64,000 nucleotides of DNA, from the IMG/VR virus record IMGVR_UViG_3300031221_000001, positions 1-64,000 of that record; one strand, 5' to 3'. A model generated the notes under the pieces. It searched no databases, had not been told where the DNA came from, and saw nothing but the letters and a program-made list of their open reading frames with translations. Within the stretch, counting starts at the first letter, position 1. The number at the start of each line of letters is the position of its first letter. The position numbers and the translations under genes were made by a program. This DNA is from a virus. Positions 19,433 through 27,335 of the stretch are shown in pieces.

Positions 19433-19444
19433 TAGCTATCTTTA
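19414..19444 (+). promoter_or_regulatory. promoter TTG-N20-TATCTTTA
   Basis: Motif copy with perfect 7-9-7 palindrome. Confidence 0.75.
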
Positions 19445-19468
19445 AGAAATAATTTAAAGACTGTACAA

Positions 19469-19702
19469 ATGGGAAACATGATCACAGACAGAGAATTAAT
19501 CTGTCAAAAGCACTTATCTATCAGCACAGGAAACAATGCTGATAGATTTTCACTAGAAGAGTTCTGTGAATTTCACTCACTGAGATCCAAAGATGCTGTG
19601 GGGTTGATTCAATCATTGCAAGATGTTTCGATAATGAGAGACATGTGTGAAGGAGATTTCTTATCTTTCGACTTTGATAAACTAATTGGTCAAATAAAAT
19701 AA
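19469..19702 (+). CDS. hypothetical protein
   Basis: ORF after the promoter. Confidence 0.55.
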   Translation: MGNMITDRELICQKHLSISTGNNADRFSLEEFCEFHSLRSKDAVGLIQSLQDVSIMRDMCEGDFLSFDFDKLIGQIK

Positions 19703-19704
19703 TT

Positions 19705-19971
19705 ATGGAAATCACACAAGGACAAGATTTTGGACAAATATTACAGACAGTGATAGTAACGTTCGGCGTAATGACCGTTCTAGCAATCACACTACTAAGT
19801 GGAATATATGTAATTTGGAGGTATATATGGGATAGTAGAGGGAAGCATAACTCTATCGAAGACATAAATCTAGCTCAGGAAACTTTATGTACATGCGAGA
19901 AAAGTCTGAAATATCCAATGGATAAGGACGGGATTTCGGATTGCAATACATGCTTAAACGGAACAATTTAA
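19705..19971 (+). CDS. small membrane protein with Cys-rich tail
   Basis: TM helix, CTC...CNTC. Confidence 0.55.
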   Translation: MEITQGQDFGQILQTVIVTFGVMTVLAITLLSGIYVIWRYIWDSRGKHNSIEDINLAQETLCTCEKSLKYPMDKDGISDCNTCLNGTI

Positions 19972-19981
19972 CAATAGAGTT

Positions 19982-20356
19982 ATGTCACATTTAATATCAT
20001 GGCTACTAGTGATTTCGATAATGATTTCGATAATAATAGCAACAGACACGTTTCGAGTTCGAAGAAAACGTAAACAGTATAGAAAGCAAATTGCAGAAGA
20101 CAATTTAAGATTTAACCAATGCGTTGATTCAATTAATGATCAAGACGTCGAGTTGGCGATTAAATTGTACAATCAACTAATCAGTCGAAATGGTAATAGA
20201 GCATTCCTTAACGGAGTGATGATTGGAATGCAACTACCAAAAACTAAAGCAAAACTTCATCGTCACAAATATCAATGCTGTGATCCTGAAGCAACACTTA
20301 ATCAATTATTCAAAGTAGGAACAAGTAACACACAAGACAATGAAGACAGTAAATAG
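19982..20356 (+). CDS. membrane-anchored hypothetical protein
   Basis: N-terminal TM followed by a basic patch. Confidence 0.55.
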   Translation: MSHLISWLLVISIMISIIIATDTFRVRRKRKQYRKQIAEDNLRFNQCVDSINDQDVELAIKLYNQLISRNGNRAFLNGVMIGMQLPKTKAKLHRHKYQCCDPEATLNQLFKVGTSNTQDNEDSK

Positions 20357-20540
20357 AGTAGCGACAGCGATGATTTTATTATTAGGACTAATGATAATTT
20401 GCGGATGTAGTTCAGTCAAAGAACCATTGATAGTTCTAACTGGCCGAGAGGTCGTAGCAATGATAGTATTTGGAGTAATCGTAGCAGTTGCAGTGATATA
20501 TACCTTTGCAGCGTGGCTAACAAAAGTTTTTAAAAGATGA
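20340..20540 (+). CDS. small putative lipoprotein / membrane protein
   Basis: Signal with ICGC lipobox-like motif plus a TM helix. Confidence 0.5.
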   Translation: MKTVNRVATAMILLLGLMIICGCSSVKEPLIVLTGREVVAMIVFGVIVAVAVIYTFAAWLTKVFKR

Positions 20541-20749
20541 ATTCGACTCTAAAAACAACTACAATAGGAACCGACTATTTAATTACTGCAAAAGGTCCTT
20601 CAATAATTAGAGCATTTAATGCAAAGAGAGTGCAGAACCAGCAGGACTTGTTTGAAATGTCCGAAACTATCGGAAATAGAAAAACAATACTCTACAAGCA
20701 GATAACACTGGATAAGTGTAAAAAAGTTGCTGCAATGTTAGTAAAATAA
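20537..20749 (+). CDS. hypothetical protein
   Basis: Coupled ORF (ATGA). Confidence 0.5.
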   Translation: MNSTLKTTTIGTDYLITAKGPSIIRAFNAKRVQNQQDLFEMSETIGNRKTILYKQITLDKCKKVAAMLVK

Positions 20750-20759
20750 TTCAGAAAGG

Positions 20760-20790
20760 TTGCTTAAAAGATATAGATAAGGTATCTTTG
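20760..20790 (+). promoter_or_regulatory. promoter TTG-N20-TATCTTTG
   Basis: Motif copy with perfect palindrome. Confidence 0.8.
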
Positions 20791-20826
20791 CTGTGTCATA
20801 AGACAGTAACCATAAAAGACCGTAAA

Positions 20827-21273
20827 ATGAAAACAATGATCTTATTTAGATTTGGAGTAATGCCAAATCCTTCAGTATCAGAAATCTTAGCAAATCACAT
20901 GGCAGATAAGGGCTATGTAATGAAAGTTCCAGGAGCAGTAGTTTCGATCTTCCATACAGACAGTGAACTATCACAAATCGATCAAGAACTCAAGAGGCTA
21001 AGTACCAAAGAGGAACCGAGCACTGTTCCTTTAACGTATATGTTGACTGAAATAACCGATCTTCCATACAGCATTGCTTTGCAAGATCAATTGATCAACG
21101 ATTATGTTGGTCAATACACAAACTATAACAGTTATAGCCAGAACTCTACGACGAATCTTCAAGAAAAAATTCAACAATTGCAGAAAAAGCTTGAACAAGC
21201 GATTGCGACAGAGGAGTTTGAAGAGGCTGCTGCGATTAGAGATCTAATCCTAACAGCAAACAATCAGTTATAA
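20827..21273 (+). CDS. UVR (UvrB/C coiled-coil) domain protein
   Basis: C-terminal LQKKLEQAIATEEFEEAAAIRDLI. Confidence 0.75.
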   Translation: MKTMILFRFGVMPNPSVSEILANHMADKGYVMKVPGAVVSIFHTDSELSQIDQELKRLSTKEEPSTVPLTYMLTEITDLPYSIALQDQLINDYVGQYTNYNSYSQNSTTNLQEKIQQLQKKLEQAIATEEFEEAAAIRDLILTANNQL

Positions 21274-22247
21274 TGAGAGAGTCAGTAACAATACACTACA
21301 CAGAAAAACAGGTATGTACTGAGCAGATCAAAGAGGAGAGCTATTCAATGTCTCCTCTTAAACCTGCACTATACATAGAAGCAATTAAGACTCATTTAAC
21401 AAAGTATCCTAATCTAGTACGGTGGAATACGCAAATCAAGCCATTTAGAAGAAGAGATTTCTTCAATGCACACACTCCTAAGTACGTTGAGAACTTCTTC
21501 GATGGAGTCAATAATTGCACTAGTAACGGAATTCCTTGGAGCAAAGAGCTTGCACGATCAGTGAGATACACCAATAGTAGCTTATATACAGCGATTAATG
21601 CAAGCGTTCATCAACCAAACGACATACACGTTAGTCCTACAAGCGGATTTCATCATGCAAGACCTGAAGGAGGTTCTGGATTCTGTACATTTAGTGGTCA
21701 GGTGATAGCTAGTTTAAAGCTATATCGCAAACACAAACTTAAAGGAGCTTACTTAGATTTAGACGGACATCATGGAAACAGTATAGAAGATAGTCGTTGG
21801 TACGTTGAAGATAGATACGGAATCGACTTAGATGAGGTGATTCCTATGAACATCAATCCAAAAGGGTGTGGAGAAACTTATTTGTGTGACTTACAAAGAA
21901 ACTTATTCTGGTTGGAGGACAAAATCATCAAAGGAGAGGTGGATTATGTTGTGTGGTGTCATGGAGCAGATAGTCATCAAGACGACGATCTAGGACATCA
22001 ACTTAGCACAAAACAATGGATTGAGGCAAGTACAAGATTCTATCAATGGCTCAATGATCTAGAAAAAAGACTAGGTAGAAAGATTCCTTTAACACTATCG
22101 CTGTTTGGAGGATATAGAAAAGACGACTATGATAGCGTAATTAACTTACATTTGACAGACCTCATAGTGGGAATTAATCATCTTACCAATAAGACAATTT
22201 CAACGAAACGGTTTAAGGTAAACGCAAAAGTGGCAACGTATGTCTAA
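21273..22247 (+). CDS. histone deacetylase-family (Zn-dependent) amidohydrolase
   Basis: SGFHHA, GSGFCTF, LDLDGHHGN, GADSHQDDDLG, GGY. Confidence 0.88.
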   Translation: MRESVTIHYTEKQVCTEQIKEESYSMSPLKPALYIEAIKTHLTKYPNLVRWNTQIKPFRRRDFFNAHTPKYVENFFDGVNNCTSNGIPWSKELARSVRYTNSSLYTAINASVHQPNDIHVSPTSGFHHARPEGGSGFCTFSGQVIASLKLYRKHKLKGAYLDLDGHHGNSIEDSRWYVEDRYGIDLDEVIPMNINPKGCGETYLCDLQRNLFWLEDKIIKGEVDYVVWCHGADSHQDDDLGHQLSTKQWIEASTRFYQWLNDLEKRLGRKIPLTLSLFGGYRKDDYDSVINLHLTDLIVGINHLTNKTISTKRFKVNAKVATYV

Positions 22248-22635
22248 GGGATTCGAACAGTACACATATAAGCTGACAGATATTGAAAGGTATACATTGA
22301 TTCCAGCAATCATCAAAGCATGGGAGAGAAAACGTATTGGAGAAAAGGTGACTGCATCTGAAATGATTGGAGGACTGAATGATTTCTGCAAAAAGCACAA
22401 CATTCTCAATGCACACAATAAGCAATACAAGGTTCATGGAGCTAGGTTGAGGAAAATGATACACTACATTCGTAACAGAAACCTAATTTGTAATTTAATT
22501 GCAAACCAAAGCGGATATTGGAAGTCAAGTGATAGTAGTGAAATTATCAGCTTCATCGACTCGTGTGAGGAAAGAGGGTCTTCTTTAATAGCAACAGCAG
22601 AGGCACTGAAGTCTCGATTAACACGACAGCAATGA
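22240..22635 (+). CDS. putative winged-HTH protein
   Basis: ARLRKMIHYIR...LIANQSGYW pattern. Confidence 0.5.
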   Translation: MSKGFEQYTYKLTDIERYTLIPAIIKAWERKRIGEKVTASEMIGGLNDFCKKHNILNAHNKQYKVHGARLRKMIHYIRNRNLICNLIANQSGYWKSSDSSEIISFIDSCEERGSSLIATAEALKSRLTRQQ

Positions 22636-22931
22636 ACGAAATTGTATATCAATCACTAATAGCATTAGGATCGCAAATAGCATTTTTGTGGGCAAGAACG
22701 TACAATGTTCACGCTACAGCAAGGTTAGAGATCAGTAACACGTTGAAGAGTGGTATAGTAATTCATCTACTATGGCTAATCGGAATCTCAATAGGTGCAA
22801 ACGGTGCATATAAGGTGCTGGTAGATTTTGACTGGAAGTATTTGCCAGTATTAGGATGTTCTTTGATTGGAAGTGTAATTGGCAACTACATTGGATTAAT
22901 CAAGAGAAAAGGTAGTTGCGAGAAGAAATAG
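22632..22931 (+). CDS. three-TM membrane protein
   Basis: Hydrophobic segments. Confidence 0.6.
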   Translation: MNEIVYQSLIALGSQIAFLWARTYNVHATARLEISNTLKSGIVIHLLWLIGISIGANGAYKVLVDFDWKYLPVLGCSLIGSVIGNYIGLIKRKGSCEKK

Positions 22932-22934
22932 CTG

Positions 22935-22965
22935 TTGCATATCTTTATTGTGCAGAGTATCTTTA
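22935..22965 (+). promoter_or_regulatory. promoter TTG-N20-TATCTTTA
   Basis: Motif copy without the palindrome; possible tandem copy at 22916-22947. Confidence 0.6.
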
Positions 22966-22980
22966 TAAAAACAAACACAA

Positions 22981-23091
22981 ATGAAATCAATTATCAATTA
23001 TTTAAACAACAATCAAGGCGTAGTGGAGGTATTACAAGCAACAATATTAGCAATGTTTGGATATGCCTTAATCTATTTATCATCAATCTAA
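22981..23091 (+). CDS. 36-aa membrane peptide (not in the ORF track)
   Basis: MKSIINYLNNNQGVVEVLQATILAMFGYALIYLSSI with an A-rich leader after the promoter. Confidence 0.5.
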   Translation: MKSIINYLNNNQGVVEVLQATILAMFGYALIYLSSI

Positions 23092-23103
23092 AACACACAA
23101 ACG

Positions 23104-23613
23104 ATGGAAGCTGCAGTAGAAGTAGTTAACTCAATATTTGGACAGCCTGTCATAGGAATGATTATAGGGCTCTTAATATTGGTAGGAGTATCGATTTTAA
23201 TTAAGATTAAATTTCCACTAATAGTTTTTGACGAAGAGATTAAAGGAGATCCGACAGAACATTCAGAAGAAATGGTGACAAAAAGATCTGTTGTTGTTGA
23301 AAGAAGAACTGTAGGACTGTTAAATTCAGACGTAGAAGTGCCTATAACTCTTGGATGGGAAAATCCTAGGGAAGTTATCGGAGTAGCTACGGCACACAGG
23401 AACGATCAAGGAGAAATTGTAGCTGATATGAAAATCTACCATAAATGTGTAGAAACGGACAAGAATAAAATTGACTACATAAAAGGAATGTATCCTTCAA
23501 TAGGTGGCAAGATTGTCGAAATGAGTGAGGAGGGAGATATATTGAAATTTGAGCTGATAGGAATATCTCTAGGCATAGAACCTAATCAAGATCCAACAAT
23601 CAAGTCGTTATGA
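23104..23613 (+). CDS. TM-anchored protein with prohead-protease-like C-domain
   Basis: VIG...IVADMKI...PSIGG...ELIGISL..EPN resembles the HK97-type protease pattern. Confidence 0.4.
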   Translation: MEAAVEVVNSIFGQPVIGMIIGLLILVGVSILIKIKFPLIVFDEEIKGDPTEHSEEMVTKRSVVVERRTVGLLNSDVEVPITLGWENPREVIGVATAHRNDQGEIVADMKIYHKCVETDKNKIDYIKGMYPSIGGKIVEMSEEGDILKFELIGISLGIEPNQDPTIKSL

Positions 23614-23819
23614 GAGACAATTTAAGCAATATTGTATTTATAGCCCTAGCGATCGGATTGTTGTTGTGTTGATTCGTTGCATCAATGGAACCGATCATCA
23701 TAGCATATATTCAAGGAAACGACTGGTTGATATCATACACAGTTTGGTGGATTTCAATGATTGGAGTCGCCCTATTGATTAGAGGATTAATTAATGTACT
23801 TATTTCATTAATGGAATAA
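23610..23819 (+). pseudogene. membrane-protein ORF with in-frame TGA
   Basis: 70 codons with TGA at 23670-72 inside a hydrophobic stretch. Confidence 0.45.
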
Positions 23820-23848
23820 AAGTTAGAAGTTTACCAAAAAAAAATAAA

Positions 23849-25606
23849 ATGAGCAATTTTTCATTAGACGACACATTAAATAAAAGCGTATTCGTTACGC
23901 TAGATAGTGATCAGTTGATAAATGTACACCACATAGCAGATAGATTGAAGAATTTAGGCAATTGGCCAAAGTTCTACGAAGAAGATCAAGTGAGAAAGGC
24001 GCTAGATAGTGAAGGAATAGACTTAGATCAGTTAATCAAAGCTGGAAGAAACATTGGTAACTTGATTCCTGTTAGACGAAGAATGGTCAATAAGCAAGGA
24101 ACTGCATACATGAAGACCGTCTACATCAAGAAGGAGGATCCAGGAGATCCTCAAAAGTCAGCAAGATTCTTAGAGCAGAATGAATTGGAGCAGTCTTTGG
24201 CAGTAGGAGATAGGGTTAATGTCAATTTCAAGGGATGGAATAGTGGAACAAAATATTCCACAGACAAAGTGAGGGTCAAGAAAATTGAGAGTAACAAAAT
24301 TACTGTAGAGTTCACTGAAGAATTCCAAACAAACAATAGTCGAAATTATAAGTACTCTGTTGGAGATGAGGTGGTGATCCCTAAATCAGAATCATCAGAA
24401 TGGAACAAAGATATGTCAATCTCTCGTTATGTAGAGCCTACACCTGAGCCTGTAGTTGAACAATCAGTAGCAAGTGAGATAGTCGAATCGATAGATCAAA
24501 TTAGTGTTGGTGACAAAGTGATGGTCAAGCAAAGAGGAGACGTTGACGATGTTGAGGGAGAGATAAAGTACATCCATCCAAGAGGAGACTTTATCGATAT
24601 CCAAGTTGGTGATAAAGTTAAGAGAAGAAAGCTCGGAAGATTTTCTTTAGTTCAAGAAACTCCAGCAATTCAAGGACTAAATTCAGAAAGAGTTGCTAGA
24701 TTGAGAGAGATGGGAATGTCAATTTCTGGACCAGGATCTGCGATGATCTCGAGAGAAGACAGAAGTAGAGTGGTTGGTCAAGAAGAGTATCAAATTAGAA
24801 CTCGTATTGATAGGTTTGGAGTGCCAAATTCCAGAGGTAGAAGTTGGGGAAACGTTACTAAAGTTAGAAATAAATTCTATCAACGAACCGATGAAGAGAT
24901 GGAGCAATTAAGACAAGAAGCTGATCGAACTCAATTTAAACAGTTCAATGAAAAGTTTGGCAACTTTGATTTCGAAACATATATACAAGAAACTAGATCT
25001 GTGATAAGAGAAGCGGATCCTACAGTGAGTACTAACGCAATAGGTTTCACTGTTAGTGTAGCTGCTTCAGGAAATTTTGCACTAAGAGTAGGCGGACCCG
25101 GATTGACTATGACAAGAAGGTTCGATGCAGACAAGATGAGCGTTGATCATTCATATTTTACATTAGCTTCAACTGACCAAGGAAAGGGCGTTGGTAAAAA
25201 GTTATTTAAGGCATTGTATAAGCAGTACAAAAGAATTGGACTTAAAAGCGTAACTTGTCATGCAAACATTGATGTGGGAGGATATGCGTGGGGAAGGTAT
25301 GGATTCGATGCTCCAAGAGACACAGCAGAAAGGTTCGTAAGGGCTTATCAAACAAATATTGGAAGATCGAGAGGTGGATATGTCGTAACTCAACAAGATG
25401 CTGACAAAGCTAAGCAAGCGTATAATGAATTTTATCAAAGAAACGATGCGCAAACTAGATTTCCAATGAACTTACTGTCATGTATAGGACCTGACAGTAA
25501 GGCAGGAAAGGCAATTCTTTTAGGAGCAGACTGGAGGGGTAGATTGAATTTGGAAAACACTACGCAAAGAGTTCATTTTGAAAATTATATTGGATTCTCT
25601 GAATAA
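23849..25606 (+). CDS. multidomain protein: K-S/A leader, SH3/KOW-like repeats, C-terminal GNAT-like domain
   Basis: LAVGDRV/YSVGDEV/ISVGDKV repeats; DQGKGVGKKLF...ANIDVGGYAWGRYGF acetyl-CoA-binding-type motif. Confidence 0.7.
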   Translation: MSNFSLDDTLNKSVFVTLDSDQLINVHHIADRLKNLGNWPKFYEEDQVRKALDSEGIDLDQLIKAGRNIGNLIPVRRRMVNKQGTAYMKTVYIKKEDPGDPQKSARFLEQNELEQSLAVGDRVNVNFKGWNSGTKYSTDKVRVKKIESNKITVEFTEEFQTNNSRNYKYSVGDEVVIPKSESSEWNKDMSISRYVEPTPEPVVEQSVASEIVESIDQISVGDKVMVKQRGDVDDVEGEIKYIHPRGDFIDIQVGDKVKRRKLGRFSLVQETPAIQGLNSERVARLREMGMSISGPGSAMISREDRSRVVGQEEYQIRTRIDRFGVPNSRGRSWGNVTKVRNKFYQRTDEEMEQLRQEADRTQFKQFNEKFGNFDFETYIQETRSVIREADPTVSTNAIGFTVSVAASGNFALRVGGPGLTMTRRFDADKMSVDHSYFTLASTDQGKGVGKKLFKALYKQYKRIGLKSVTCHANIDVGGYAWGRYGFDAPRDTAERFVRAYQTNIGRSRGGYVVTQQDADKAKQAYNEFYQRNDAQTRFPMNLLSCIGPDSKAGKAILLGADWRGRLNLENTTQRVHFENYIGFSE

Positions 25607-25610
25607 AGCG

Positions 25611-25641
25611 TTGCTAGAAAGATGTGTGTAGTGTATCTTTA
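25611..25641 (+). promoter_or_regulatory. promoter TTG-N20-TATCTTTA, probably also driving the RNA cluster
   Basis: Motif copy. Confidence 0.7.
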
Positions 25642-25663
25642 TAGAAACAAACAAGTAGAAATT

Positions 25664-25867
25664 ATGGAAGATACATTTATAGGCAATGAAGTCGGAGAAG
25701 ACGCCATTGTGAAGGAAACAGCTAGATCGAACGATTATGCAAATTACAATGCATATCTCAAACTAACGCAATTAGACTACACTCACGAACAGGCAGCAGA
25801 TCACATGTCGCTGACTAGCAAAGAGCTAGAAAACATAATTGACAAATTCGATCCAGGAACAGAATAA
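25664..25867 (+). CDS. small acidic protein
   Basis: Start moved to MEDTF, downstream of the promoter. Confidence 0.55.
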   Translation: MEDTFIGNEVGEDAIVKETARSNDYANYNAYLKLTQLDYTHEQAADHMSLTSKELENIIDKFDPGTE

Positions 25868-25869
25868 AC

Positions 25870-26102
25870 TAGCTCTTTGTTTGAAGGTAAACGTAACGTG
25901 TAGGTGAAAGTCCTACTACCCTGTGGTATTTGTATTAAGCCACATTAAGGCAACTGAGAGGGGAATTGAACTCGAGACATCGATTTAATTTGCGACCGAA
26001 AAGAGAGACATGGAAAGTTCATTGAAATAAAACAATTGTTAGTAACAGGATCAGTACCGTTGTGAAGAGAGGTCTCATCACCTAGTACAACACTAACAAT
26101 TG
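25870..26102 (+). ncRNA. candidate structured RNA(s), unidentified
   Basis: GTAGG-TGAAAGT-CCTAC, TGTGGT/GCCACA, TGAACT/AGTTCA, 11-bp CAATTGTTAGT/ACTAACAATTG; no sense ORF. Confidence 0.4.
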
Positions 26103-26104
26103 AT

Positions 26105-26457
26105 GGGGGCGACTGGTTTTGACTGGTACGTAGTAAATAATGTTCAGCCGTTGTAGTCAACGTAAAAACGTGGTGAATTTCTTTAAATGGAAACACAGAT
26201 ATGACAGCAGGAGAGACTGCACAAGTAGAAGCTAATATGAACGTAGTACACAATCTCGTGAATAACAGTAACGAAATTGCCGAATACAAATTAGCAGCAT
26301 AAAAGTACTCTGAGTGTAACTAGCTCAGATGGTGGATTGTTGGAAGACTCGTCTTTCGACCCTATTGTGACGACAATTCAAACACGTAGCAAGCTGTGCT
26401 AAAAACATTATTTATAAAATGCTTGGGACGGGAGTTCGAATCTCCCCGCCTCCACAA
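26105..26457 (+). ncRNA. ssrA: tmRNA
   Basis: 5' GGGGGCGACTGGTTTTGAC; 3' GGACGGGAGTTCGAATCTCCCCGCCTCCA; G3.U acceptor pair; internal frame ending YKLAA-stop. Confidence 0.93.
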
Positions 26458-26460
26458 ATT

Positions 26461-26628
26461 AAAATGACGAGAAAAGTCAATTGACTTAGCGGTCTTTTGA
26501 GTCAGAAACCTGCAAGCGGAATAGACGCTCTGTGATATCGAAATTCTAATTCTAACTCCAATGCCCGCGCGAGAAAGCTCAGGAAGCATAAAGATTGCAG
26601 GAGGAATGGATCTGCAACTAGTCGTTTT
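26461..26628 (+). ncRNA. candidate structured RNA, unidentified
   Basis: AAAATGAC/GTCGTTTT closing stem, TGACTTA/TGAGTCA, CCTGCAA/TTGCAGG. Confidence 0.4.
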
Positions 26629-26634
26629 TATCAA

Positions 26635-26752
26635 ATAAAGATGTTGAGTAGTATGTGAAAGGCTGTAAGAACCGTAAGGTGCCCTACAATGAAACTACAA
26701 GACTAACAGCTTGGTTTGCTACGTATTTCTGTTAGTGCGTAGCCATCTTTAT
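26635..26752 (+). ncRNA. candidate structured RNA with possible pseudoknot
   Basis: ATAAAGATG/CATCTTTAT closing stem; ACTAACAG/CTGTTAGT stem whose loop GCTACG pairs with downstream CGTAGC. Confidence 0.45.
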
Positions 26753-26805
26753 CTTTAACAGTTTTCGCCGTAATGCGTGTCTCTGTAAAAAGCACAACTT
26801 ATAAA

Positions 26806-26878
26806 TGTCCTGTGGTGTAATTGGTAACTCTTCTGGTTTTGGTCCAGAAGAGTCTAGGTTCGAGCCCTAGTAGGATAA
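26806..26878 (+). tRNA. tRNA-Gln(TTG)
   Basis: TGTCCTG/TAGGATA acceptor, TCTGG-TTTTGGT-CCAGA anticodon arm, CTAGG-TTCGAGC-CCTAG T arm; one D-stem mismatch; CCA not encoded. Confidence 0.9.
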
Positions 26879-26949
26879 CAAATAACAAATCATAGTAGAT
26901 GGGTGGTAATTTTTTAGGATATTTACATCCATATCAAATTATTATTATT

Positions 26950-27333
26950 ATGGAAGCTATCAAAAAAGACGTTAGAGGAGAACATAGTGCAAATATAGGC
27001 CTACTAACAGAATATCAAATCAACTTATCAGTTGCTGAAGGATATCCAGGAGGGGCTCTTGTAGCAGATTTATTAGGATACAGACTAGCTTCAGTTACTG
27101 TATCAGGCACAGGAGCTTCAGGAACCTCTGGAACTGCTGCGATTAAACAATCAAATGAAATCAGCGGAACCCTTTTCGATCTAGCAGCACCGAAGTCAGT
27201 AGACTTTAGTGCTAACGGAACTGACGGAGCTTTCGATATTGAAGTTAGTGGTCAGTACTTAATCATTGACGCATCATCAATTGTATTTGGACAAGTAGGA
27301 AAGTTGACAGTACGAATCGTAGGCAAAAGATAA
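26950..27333 (+). CDS. putative virion structural beta-rich protein
   Basis: G/S/A-rich; precedes the fibre gene; start moved to MEAIKK. Confidence 0.55.
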   Translation: MEAIKKDVRGEHSANIGLLTEYQINLSVAEGYPGGALVADLLGYRLASVTVSGTGASGTSGTAAIKQSNEISGTLFDLAAPKSVDFSANGTDGAFDIEVSGQYLIIDASSIVFGQVGKLTVRIVGKR

Positions 27334-27335
27334 TT

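Noticed and set aside
17310-23819. Stop-codon reassignment
   Set aside because: Internal stops are of mixed type (TAA, TGA), core genes are intact under code 11 and end in all three stops, and no suppressor tRNA is present.
26645-26700. Hammerhead ribozyme or SAM-I riboswitch
   Set aside because: GTAGTA...GAAACTAC and AAGGTGCC are suggestive, but the CUGANGA core and the SAM-I consensus are absent.
26455-26900. tRNA-associated HDV-like (theta) ribozymes
   Set aside because: Sequence directly after the tmRNA and tRNA 3' ends is A-rich and shows no nested double pseudoknot.
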